Origin: Mobula hypostoma
Taxonomy: Eukaryota
Length of the DNA: 64,000 nucleotides
Assembly (NCBI RefSeq): GCF_963921235.1
Contig: NC_086097.1
Coordinates: 232,502,001 to 232,566,000 of the forward strand
Direction: 5' to 3'
Shown here: positions 38,601 through 50,600 of the stretch, piece after piece
Position numbering within the stretch: the stretch's first letter is position 1
Layout: each line of letters opens with the position of its first letter
Program-made: the position numbers and the translations under genes
Notes under the pieces: generated by a model
What the model was told of the DNA's origin: nothing
The model's input: the letters and a program-made list of their open reading frames with translations, nothing else
Databases searched by the model: none

Positions 38601-41600
38601 GGGAGAGGGGGAAGTGGTGAAGTACAGAGATGGGAAGTTAACTGATGAAAGAGATAAAGGACTGGAAGAGAAGGAATCTGATGGGAGAGGATTGAAGACC
38701 ATGGAAGAAAGAGAAGGGGGAGGAGCACCACATTCGCCCTGTGACCACGTGGGTTTCCTCCTGGTGCTCCAGTTTCCTCCCACATTCCGAAAATGTACAG
38801 TCGGGTTAGTAAGTTATGAGTGTGTGAGGCTGGCACCGTAAGCACGATGACTCCTGTGGACTTCCCCCAGAACCACCTCAGACTGTATTGGTTGTTGACG
38901 CAAACGACGCACTTCACTGTGTGCTCCAATGTTTACATGTGACAAATAAAGCTAATCTATTTAGGAACTGATGATAAAAAGGGAATTGAGAGACTGAGGT
39001 GCATCTCACACATAGTTATCACAGAACTTTTTTGTGATATTGTCAAAGTACAACATTGACCTCCAATCAATTAATGACATTGAACCACATTGATCATGAT
39101 TTTATTTCAGATCCAAATCTCAATTCCTTATAACTTCTTTATTTTTGTTGTTTCCTGCCAGGTTTTTCCAGCTTCATGCTCCTTGTGTTCCTAATCCTGC
39201 TTTGTTCCGATGGTGTTGTAACTCGCAGCATCCGTAAGCGCCGACGTGGTAACAGGGATTTGGACGGTGAGTACTGAGGCACTCTGCTCCTATCTAGAGG
39301 TAGTGTAGATGTTTGCCAAACGCAGTGGGTATTTGACAGGTGGGCGATTTGGCTGTAGTTCCTGGTGAAAGGGCAGTAGAAGATTAAGTGAAAGGATAAA
39401 CGTATGATGTATAATGTGTTGATGGCTCTGGGCTTGCACTCACTGGTTTAGAAGAATGAGGAGCGATCTTATTGTAATTTAACAATAAAAGCCTAGATAT
39501 AGTTGAATTGAAAGTAGGTTTCCAATAGTGAGAGAATCTAGGACCTGAGGGCACAGACTAAGATTAAAAAGATGTAACTTTAGAACAGTGATGAGGAGGA
39601 ATTTCTTTAGCCAGAGGCTAGTGAATCTGTGGAATTCATTGCCACAGATGCTGGGTAAATTTAAAGTAGAGTTTGATAGTTTCTTGATTATTGAAGGCAT
39701 CTAATCGAATATTGAAAGGCCTAGAGAATGGAAGTGGAGAGGATGTTTCCTATAGTGGGGCAGTTTAGGACCAGAGGGCACAGACTCAGAAAAGAGGGAT
39801 GTCTATTTAGAGCAGAGATGAGCAAGGATTTCTTCAGCCAGTGGGTGGTGAACCTGTGGAATTCTTGGCATTGGCTGGCTGTGGAGGCCAAGTCATTGGG
39901 TGTGTTTAAAGCGGAGGGTCAAAGATTCTTGCTTAGTAAGGGTGTCAAAGATCACAGGGAGAAGGCAGGAGAATGAGATTGAGAGGGAAACTCGGACCCA
40001 GGTCGGCGGTCACTCTTATTGGAAGGACTGAGTTGTTGTGGCTGCTCTCCTGGTATGCAGACTAGAAGATGTTTCTGATATTCTGAGATTTATGTGATTA
40101 TTAGACTGCATTTTACATTGGATTCCTTCAGCTTTTCTTTCTTGTGGATAATTGGCAGGTGGGTGATCAGTTAATTTCTTGTGTGTAACAGGGGGTTTGG
40201 GGGTTTTGGTGCTCCTGTTACTGTTCTTTTCTGCAAGTGGGGGGCTTGGGACTTATTGTCGCTGTTTTTTTTCTGTGGGGGAGGGGGATTTTAGGGTTTG
40301 CAAGTTTTGTTTATTTTCTTTTTTATGTCGGGGTTGATGTCTTTTCTTTCATCAACACCCATGGTCTTTCTGTAATGAATGAATATCTAGAGAAGGCAAG
40401 TATCAGAGTAGTATTGTACATGCATACTCTGACAATAAAATTAACCTTTGAACCTTTAAATTAGCCATGATCGAATGGCAGAACAGACTTGATGGGCTGA
40501 ATGGCGTAATTCTGCTCCTTTGTCTTATGGGCTTATAACCCAAGACCTGGCATGTTAATATTTTCGCTTTCCACTGATGCCTGACCAGCTGAATGTTTCC
40601 AAATTAGGGGACATCCACAGATCCTCCAGGTCAAGTTATAAATCTAGCATCCAATGAGACTACAACAAATGACATATGTTGAGCAAACAATCAGAAGTGA
40701 GAGAATTTTATTTCAGATCTTCCTTTGTTAGTGGTACTGTGATGCTAGAATCTGCTGTCTGTAAGGATAAGTGTGATAGAACAAAGGGATTTGGGAACAT
40801 AGGTCCATAATTCATTGAAAGTAGTGTTATGAGTAGATGAGGTCGTAAAGAAAGCTTTTGACACATTGGCCTTCGTAAAGCAAAGTATTGAGTACAGGAG
40901 ATGGGATGTTATGTTGAAGTTGTATAAGACATTGGTGAAGCTTAACTTGGAGTTTTGGTCACCTATCTACAGGAAAGATGTAAATAGGTTTGAAGGAGCA
41001 CAGAGAAAAAAAATTGCAAGGATGTTGCTGGGTCGAGAAGACCTGACATCTAATGAAAGATTGAATAGGTTAGGACTTCATTCCTTGGAATGCAGAAAAT
41101 TGAGAGGAGATTTGATAGAGGTATGCAAAATTATGAGGGGTATAGATAGGGTAAATGCAAGCAGGCTTTTTCCACTGAGTTTGAGTGGGACTACAACTAG
41201 AGATCATGGGTTAAGGGTGAAAGGTAAGAAGTTTAAGGGGAGCATGAGGGGAAACTTCTTCACTCAGGGTTGTGAGAGTGTGGAACGAGTTGCCAGCACA
41301 AGTGGTGCAGGCGAGCTTGATTTCAATGTTTATGAGAAGTTTGGATAAGTACATAGATGGTAGGCGATGGTCCTGGTGCAGATCGATGGGAGTAGGCAAT
41401 TTAAATGGATTGGCATGGACTAGGGCCAAAGGCTTGTTTCTGTGCTGTATTCTTCTATGACTCTATGACTCTAAGTTGTGTTCTGAGATACAGGGCTGTG
41501 CAAATGTCTTACGGACCCTAGCTATATATAGGTGCCTAAGACTTTTGCACATTACATTACTTGTCAACATAGAGCGGAGAGAAAGCTTGTAAATCTGGTG

Positions 41601-44600
41601 GAAGCAAAGGATGTTGGGAATGGTGAGGGTGGAGTGCTGCGGGAGGGGTGTGGGACACGTGGTAGAGGAGGAATGCCAGGGGCTGTGGGTGGTGTGGGTG
41701 CAGACACACCCAGCCCTGAGGCACCAGGCAAGGTCAGTTGATTCCAAACAATTGGTTTATTGATGATTACAGAATGTCTCTCTGGTGCTACCCACTCCAT
41801 TCCCTCTCCCTTCCCCTTTTCCCAACAGCTCTAGAGACCCATATCAGAATCAGGTTTATCATCACTCACATATGTCATGAAATTTCTTTTTTTTTGTGGC
41901 AGCAGTACAGACTTTTGTACTGTACTGCAATTAGCTTGCGCTGGAAAGATGGCGTCAGATCAGCAGACCATAGAAGAAAATTAGAGAGTTTAAGAAAGAA
42001 ACTGAAGGAATCAAATTTGACATTGATACAGTTTTTCTGATCTATCTTTAGCAATTCCATTGTATTATCATAAAAAACAGGAAGCTCCCCTGAGGTAGTT
42101 TCCAACATCCCTTAGCCATCTGACATCTCAAGGAAACATGTTTCTTTGTCCAGTTGATCTACTATATCAAAGATGGTGCCCATTGTACATTGTCCATTTG
42201 ATCTTGCTATATCAAAGATGGTGCCCATTGTACATTGTCCATTTGATCTTGCTATATCAAAGATGGTGCCCATTGTACGTTGTCCATTTGGTCTTACTAT
42301 ATCAAAGATGGTGCCCATTGTACACTGTCCATTCATCCATTTGATGTTACTGTATCAAAGATGGTGTGCGTTGTACATTGTCCATTTGATCTTACTGTAT
42401 CAAAGATGGTACCCATTGTACATTGTCCATTTGATCTTACTGTATCAAAGATGGTGCCCATTGTACATTGTCCATTTGTCCATTTGATTTTACTACAGCC
42501 AATCAATGCTAGATATGATTTCATTTCAAGAAAAGTAACAAGATATCAAATAAATACACAAGTTTAATTTTATTAAAAAGTTAATGAAGGAAACAGAAAG
42601 CAGACTCATGCAGCTCTGTGTAGAACTTTTATCTCCAAAAGTTTCTTCAAACTAGTTCACATATAACTTTTACTACAGACTCCTCTTTAGATGTACAACA
42701 ACAACAAGTTTAGCACTTGAATGTATTGATAGGACTGAAATAAAAGTTCTTCTTTATCATTGGAAACTACTTTTGCTGGACTTCAAAACAGCAGGAGTTC
42801 CCACACTAACAGCAAGATTGCAGTGTCATAAGAGTAACACGATAGAGTAGTGGTTAATAGTGGTTAATCTTTACAGTATAAGTGACCCAGGTTCGATTCC
42901 CACTGTTGCCTGTAAGGAGTTCTCCCCGTGACGGTGTGGGTTTCCTCTGGAGTCTCCCACCATCTGATCTGTCCAGTTTATATGCATAAGGAGTCTTTTC
43001 AGCACTTCTGTTGTGGGTGAATTGTAGTTGGAGGCCCCAACAGAAGCCAGAGGTGAGAGCAATTACTTAATAAGTGGATTCAAGTGCCGAATGTTTAGGA
43101 TTGGATCTTGTGGGGTAGCTTCCCTGTGGCAGACTTAACTTTCAATGTAAAGGTAATGTAAATACAGGAAAATAGTATTATCCAATTACAAGTTAAATGC
43201 TATAACACATGTTAGATTGTCTTCGACTGTTAAGGATGCCACAGTCATGGACAACCCCAAAGCCATTTAGTGTAATTGCTGGAGAGAATGTGTACATACA
43301 TCTACTGATGCTTCTGGACACATCTTAAATGATGTTCCTGGAATCATCGGGTGCTTCGGGTCTTTCAACATCATACAACCTCCTCCAGGTCACCCAGCCG
43401 GGGCTGATCAGACCCCAGCTTGTGTCCAGATGGCTAGCTACTTATGACTCAATAGCTCCCCTCTTCTTAGCCACAGCCATCTTGAGGCCCTCTCTGCCGC
43501 ATCGGTGGTACTGCGGATGGCTCTCCTCTTCCTCTCTGTTTTAGCTACAGATTTTTCAATTCATTGCTATCAGATGATGCATGTAAATGTCATTTCAGAA
43601 TATCATTTCTAGATATCACACTCTAATTTTTTCCTCAGTTAATTAAGATTTAATTAAATCATATTTTGCCAAATTAAAATAAATATCCAATAATTAAAGT
43701 TTACTGTAGCTAGCAATTCTGTCATTATATTGATCTATAATTAACAATTTCTGCCACTTTATGGACAAAAAGGAAATTAATAATGATGTTCTAACAATTA
43801 TATTTGTAATTAAATAGATCGCCATCTTCCCACCTTCTTGGAATCTGTACCCCAATGCAGTACAATGTACAACCAGTATGTGGTAAAAGCAGAAAAGGTT
43901 GTGAGGCCTCTGAAGTATCTTCCTTGGATAATGATGGGACCTTTGAAACATTCTGGAGTAAGGTAAAGTTATCGTAAACTCAAATATTAGTGACAATATT
44001 AGTCGACACCATTCTATCATATCCAATTGCCTGCTATTTCTCCAGAGGCAGAAGCCAGATACTGTAAACTTAATTAACAATACAATTAAAGTAGTTAACA
44101 GACAAATCTCCGAGGAAGGTGTTCATTAGAAAAAGTTACCTTCACTCTTATTTTTCCCATAAGATGCGTGACTTAATGTTTCTTTCTCACAAGTTCAATG
44201 TTCTCAAATACCTTTTTAAAAATTATTACAAATATTAACAGATCAACTTGTCATGGTAAATTTGTAATACAGGCCATGCCTGGGTAATGAAGGGGTTCTT
44301 CTTTTATAGATCCTCAAATTGGTTTTGTCGTAAGTCAGAAAACACTCAAAAATCACTCAATATGGTAATTATACCTCCACTGTTTGCATTAAAATTTTCT
44401 TTTTTTATTATACTTAAATTACCACAATTCAATACATCATGTTCATACGTCTTATGTTTTAAGATTCTTTGTGTCCTTTTAATAGATTCGAAAGATGCCT
44501 TGATTGAAATAAATTGCAACTAGACTGAGTTCTTTGATTACTAATTGGCATCCTTGGTTAAGCACAAACATAACTAGATGTATTTAGATGGATAATTCCC

Positions 44601-47600
44601 ATATTTCAAGTTTTTATGGTATTTATCTGGCCCATCGTCCGCTCATTAATACGCGATACGGCCCACAGAGGCAAAAAGATTGCCAACCCCTGCTCTATCA
44701 TACGTGATGGGGTCTACAAATCAGAAATTCACAACCCATTAATGTCCCATCTTGTCTGCAACTCCTGTAAGGAAAAAGAACCTTGATTATATGGTTGCTT
44801 CTCCAACCTGTTTCTGAAGGTTAATGCACTGCGAACTTTGAATCATTATATCTTCCAAAAAATAAAAAGATTCATCTTTCACCACACTCCGCGACCACTG
44901 AGAGAAAAAAAATATTTTGCCTCGTCTCTGCCTTAACAACGTGGCCCCTTATTTATAAACCTAATTCTAGATTCTCCCAGAAGTAGAACATCCTCTTCAC
45001 ATCCCATCCAATCAAAAACCCTCGGATGTTTCAATCAAGTTGTTTCTCTCAGATCCAGTAGATATAAGCATAACCTGTCCAGACTTTCCCTCAAAGAAAC
45101 ACAACTTGTACATGTAAGCTCACCAGTGTCCTATATACAGTAATGGGATCCATACTACACTGTTCTGGTAGATCACACGATAACCTGCATTTATAAAGCA
45201 TCTTGAAGGCGATCCACAAGAGCAAAAATAGTTTAAAATTGACCTCAGTAAATAACAGTACAGCTGAGGAGAAGTGTGGTCAAAAAGATAAGATTTAAGG
45301 TGTATCTTAAAAGAAAAGCAGAAAGACCAAGTGGAGAGAACTCCAGAGCCTGCTCCAGTCAACTGTAGACATGGCCCTTAGTTCTATTCTGAAATGTGAG
45401 CCCCATTTCATCTGTTTACTGTCCTGTCTCAGTCTTGAATAAGTTCTCTACAGAACATCCACAACCATTTCTCCTCATCTCCACCTGAACATCCAACTCT
45501 TTATCCTAAGACAATTCCCCATTCCTGCTTCCCAGGTTCTGCAGGGAGAAGGCAGCTTCTTGTCATCTGCATGGTTAATCCTACTCTGAATCTTGTATGT
45601 CACAATGAGATGAGGATGAGAGAACCACAAGGGTTTTTTGATAAAGTAAGAGGAATTAAGATGGTCGGCATTTCATATACTGTAAGCTTTCGCTTGGAAT
45701 CCATCTTGACCATCTCTTTAGAACCTGACTTTATTGTAAAAATTGATTCCACTATGCTGCCAAAGGAAAAAGTGATTTAATTGATATCAAAGCCAGGGGC
45801 ATAATTCCTGCAGTTTCCCAGTTTGCAGTCTCAGAGGGAGCGATGTCTGTTGCAAGCTTGCAATGTGGCTTTGTCATTATTGTTATATAAGATACAGCAC
45901 AGTAACAGGCTCTTCCAGCCCGACAACCTCAATTGCACCACGTGATTAATTAACCTACTAACCTGTACACATTTGGAATGCATCACATACAATCCAGTCT
46001 ATGTATATATAACACTCTATGTTAATAGTACATTGTGTCTTAGAGGATTGTTTTTATATTTATATTTATTGTGGGTTTTTTGTTTTATATCGCATTCTTT
46101 ATGCTTAATGTGTTTTTTTATGCTGCATCGGATCTGGAGTAACAACCATTTCATTCTCCTTTACATTTGTTTACTGAAGACTGACAAGAAGAGAACTTAC
46201 AGGCAGTGGCTGGAATTGAACTCCGGCCGCTGGTGCTGTAATAGAGTTATGCTAACCACTACGTTACAATGCCACTCTGTCATTGACATGAGTGCCCAGT
46301 ACTTTGTTTCTTTGCAGTGATACTAAAAATTGCAGTATGCACCAATATACAAAACCCTTTGGACTCTGATTAATGAACTATTGTTTTTTTAACCTGAATG
46401 GTGTTGGTCTGGAGCCCAGTATATAATTATCTAAACATCTTAATGCCAACTAATCAAAGATAGTTCCTTTATATTTATATGTCTTTAGATTAGGCGTTAC
46501 CCTGTCTTGCTGAAGAAATAATTTGAGTTGCGCAGTTGGCGGTTTCATGTTGTTCCACTCCCAGTGTGCCGCATGCCTTTTGGCACTGGACCAGCTTTAC
46601 ACCGTATTTGTTCATGTGGAACGCAAAGTTGTTACAAAACCAGGACTAAATGATTTGAGCAGTATCTCCTCAAATTACGGATGTTCCATGTTCAACAGCA
46701 ATATAATAGTATAAGCTGGTGCTTAAGAGAAGAGTATAGGCATTTCTGACCTTTAGGGAACCTCGTCAACCAGAGGGTGATGAGAGTGTGGAGCAAGTTA
46801 CCAGGAAGTGGTGGATGTGGGCTTGGTTTCAACATTTAAGAGAATTGTGGATAGGTACACGGAAGGAGGGGTGTGGACGGCTATGGTTCGGATGCAGGTC
46901 GATGGGACTAGGCAGATTAATAGTTGAGCATAAATTGGATGGACTGAAAGACCTCTTCCTGTGCACTGGTGTTTTATCACTCTAAGTAAAGATCTCAGTT
47001 ACTTGATACATTTGGAAAGAAGGCAATGGGGCATCTTTCGTTCAAATGCAGTAACTCATGTGACTGTCCAGTATTGAATTGACTGCCCAGGATTTCTTAG
47101 TTATGAAATGAACATTGAGAATCCTACTTTACACAAACGCCTCCTGCCTCAGTGAACTCCTGTCCTCATACTTCAACTCCATTCTATCCCCTTGGTTCAC
47201 TCTCTTTCTATCTAAATCCACGCCACCAGTCATGCCCTCGATCTTCCCAGTAACTTTTAATTCCCTAGCTCTGACTGCCATAGATGTCCAGTCTCCATAG
47301 ACTTCTAACCCCCATCAAGAAGACCTTAAAGCTCTCCATTTCTTTCTCAATAAAAGAACCAACCAGTTTCCCTCCACCACCACCCTCCTCTGTCTGGCAG
47401 AACTGGCCCTCTCCCTCAACAATCGTTTCTTCAGCTCCTTTCACTTCCTCCAGACTCCAGGGGTAGCCATGGGGACTCACATGGGCCCAGCTATGCCTGC
47501 CTCTTCATTGGGTGTGTAGAATAGTCCATGTTCCAAGCCTTTCATGGTAATGTCTCCTAACTCTTCCTCCGCTACACTGCATTGGCACTGCTTCATGCAC

Positions 47601-50600
47601 CCATGCTGAGCTTGTCAATTTCATCAACTTTGCCACTTACTTCCACCCTACCCTTAAATTCACTAGGCCCATTTCTGACACCTCTCTCCACTTTCTCAAT
47701 CTCCATGCCTCCATTTCCGCAGACAAGCCGTCAACCAACATCCCACTGACCCATAGTTATCTGGACTATACCTCTTCCCATCCTGTCTCCCGTAAAAATG
47801 CTATTTCATTTTCTCTATTCCTTCATCTCCATTGCATCTGTTCCCAGGATGTGGCTTTCTTTTCCAGGACCTCAGAGATGCTCTCTTTCTTCAACAACTG
47901 GGTATCCCTTCCTCCAGCATAGCTGCCACCCTTACCCGCCTGTCCTCCATTTCCAGAAGATCTGACGTATCATTCTCCGCAACTTCCCCCATCTGTACCA
48001 CCAAACATACCTTTACCTCCCCCCACCAGCTCTGCTTTCCACAGGGAAAGTGATTCCCTTGTCCATTTGTCCCTCCCCTCACTTATCCCTGCAAGCAACC
48101 AAAGTGCTACACCTGCCCAACCACTTCCTCCCTCACCTCCATTCAGGGCCCCAAACAGTCCTTCCAGGGGATACAACTCTTCACCCGTGTATCTGCTGGG
48201 TTTGTCTATTGTGTCCGGTGCTCCTGATGCTGCCTTCTCGACATTGGTGAGACCCCTCGTAATTTGGGGGACTACTTCGTTGAACACTTCTGCCCCACCT
48301 GCCAAAAGCAGAACCTTCTAGAGGCCAATCATTTTAATTCTAATTCCCATTCCCGTTCCAATAGCTCCTCTTGTGCCCTGATGAGGTCACCCTCAGGATG
48401 AAGGAATAACATCTTCTATTCCATCTGGCTAACTTCCATCCTGATGGGATCAATATTGATTTTTTCCTTCTGGTAAAAAAAATTCCCTCCTCCTCCCCTC
48501 TTCTTCTATTCCCCACACTGGACTCTCACTGTAACTCTCCTCCCTTGCCTATCACCCCTCCCTGCTTCCCCTCCTCTTTCCCTTTCTCCTATGGTCCATT
48601 TTCCTCTCCTATCAGATCCTTCCCCTCCAACTCTTTATCTTTCCTACCTATCTGGCTTCACCTATCACCTCCTTCCCCTCCCCCCACCTTTTTATTCTGG
48701 CATCTTCCCCCTTCCTTCCCAGTCTGGAAGAAGGGTCTCAGCTCGGATTGCTGACTGGTTATTCATCTCCTTAGAAGCTGCCTAACTTGCTGAGTTCTTC
48801 CAGCATTTCGTGTGCATTGCTTTGGATTCCCAGTGTCAGCAGACTTTCTCGTGTTATGATTTGCAACGCCCACACAGAAAGTCAGGCAGAGAATTAAACA
48901 GTCAGCATCTCCTTTTATAATTATCACCTACTTTACATGTCTGGTTTTGATCAATGTACATGGTAGAAGTTTAATTAACTCTTTCTCTCCCGACTCCTTG
49001 CTGGATGTTGTTTCGTGAAGGTAATTCAATTTGTCGTGGATGAGTGCTGATGTGAAAGGTCACCAAGCTATCTGACTGGAGATCACAGGTTAATCAGACT
49101 CTGTCCCAGTAAAATATTATTGAATAATGAGCAGACTAACTATCACTTCCCAAACCAGAATACCTAATTCAATTTCTTTTACTACAGTCAGCTGACTTAA
49201 AAATCCAATTTCATCTCTACCTTTAACACCAAGTGTGATCTTAACTACCTTTAATGTCAAGGGGAGGTTCAGGAAAATAATTCCGGGATTAAAAGGCTTA
49301 TCATATGGGAAGCACTTAATGGCTCTGGAATTTAGAAGAGTGAGGGGGGATCTCATTGAAACCTATCGAATGTTGAAAGGCTTCGATAGAGTGGATGTGG
49401 AGAGGATATTTCCGATAGCAGAGGAGTCTAGGATCAGAGGGCACTGCCTCAGACTAGGAGGACATCCCTTTAGCACAATGATGAAAAGTAATTTCTTTAT
49501 CCAGAAGGTGGTGAATCTGTAGAATTTGTTCCCACAGGTAGCTGTGGAAGCCAGACCATTGAGTGTATTTAAGGTGGAGGTTGATTGATTCTTGATAAGT
49601 CAGAACATGAAATGTTATGGGAAGATGACAGGAGAATGGTGTTGAGAGGGAAATGGATCAGCCATGATCAAATGGCAGACCAGACTCGATGGACAGAATG
49701 GCCTAATTCTGCTCCAATGTTTTATGGTCTGATGGTCTTATCTATTACAGGTTTTCTTTCATCCAAAAAAATGGTGACCCTTTATCATGAAGGTTCTGAC
49801 GAAAGGTTGACTGTTTATTCCTCTCCGTAGATGCTGCCTGATCTGTTGAGTTCTTCCAGCATTTTGTTTGTGTTGCTCCAGATTTCCTGAATCTGCAGAA
49901 TCTCTTTGTCACAAACCTTTTCAAACCAAAATTGTCTTTTTTTTTAGGGTCACTGTGGCAGGCGGACAAAAATGCCTTATTCATAAAGGAGTGGAAATCC
50001 TTGCCAGGATTGGCAAATCTAAAACTGTGGTTGAGGATGCTAAACACTTGGCAAATGCATGGAAGGTATTTAACAATCATTTTGTTGAGGTTTTATCAAA
50101 GAACATTCCATGTTCCAAAGACTTGGTCAGAGAGATGTCATGTCTAGGGCACTGATTTGTCCAATAAACTTCCATTTTGGTTTACTCTTCCTAGGACTAC
50201 AATGAGCACAACATTTCAGAAATATTTTGCAGACAGGATGCATGTTGGAGTTTTTAAAAGCCAGAATAGATCACTCAAACAAAGATCCTGTAAGCCATAG
50301 ACAGGGTCTTGGCCTGGAATATCAACCATTTATTCCTCTCCACAGATGCCGCCTGGTTTGCTAAGTTCCTCCAGCCATAGAGATGAGAGATTCTACAGAT
50401 GCTGGAAGCCTTGAGCAGCACACACAAAATGCTGGAGGAACTCAGCAGGTCAGCAGGAACTAGAAATAAACAGTTGACGTTTCGGGCCACAGCTCTTCCT
50501 CAGGGTTGGAAAGGAAGGGGGCAGAAGCCAGACTTAGAAGGTGAGGGGAGGGAGAGGAGTACAAGCTGGCAGGTGATAGGTGAGATTAGATGAGGGACAA

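Noticed and set aside
42112..42567. Repetitive ORFs on both strands, or a CRISPR-like array
   Set aside because: Products of a 45-bp tandem repeat; there are no unique spacers and the context is eukaryotic.
43694..44080. 128-aa minus-strand ORF
   Set aside because: Antisense shadow of exon 3; no recognisable motifs.
46489..46714. Candidate extra exon after tttag in intron 3
   Set aside because: Stop codons in the required phase-2 frame from both nearby AG acceptors; exon 3 joins exon 4 directly.
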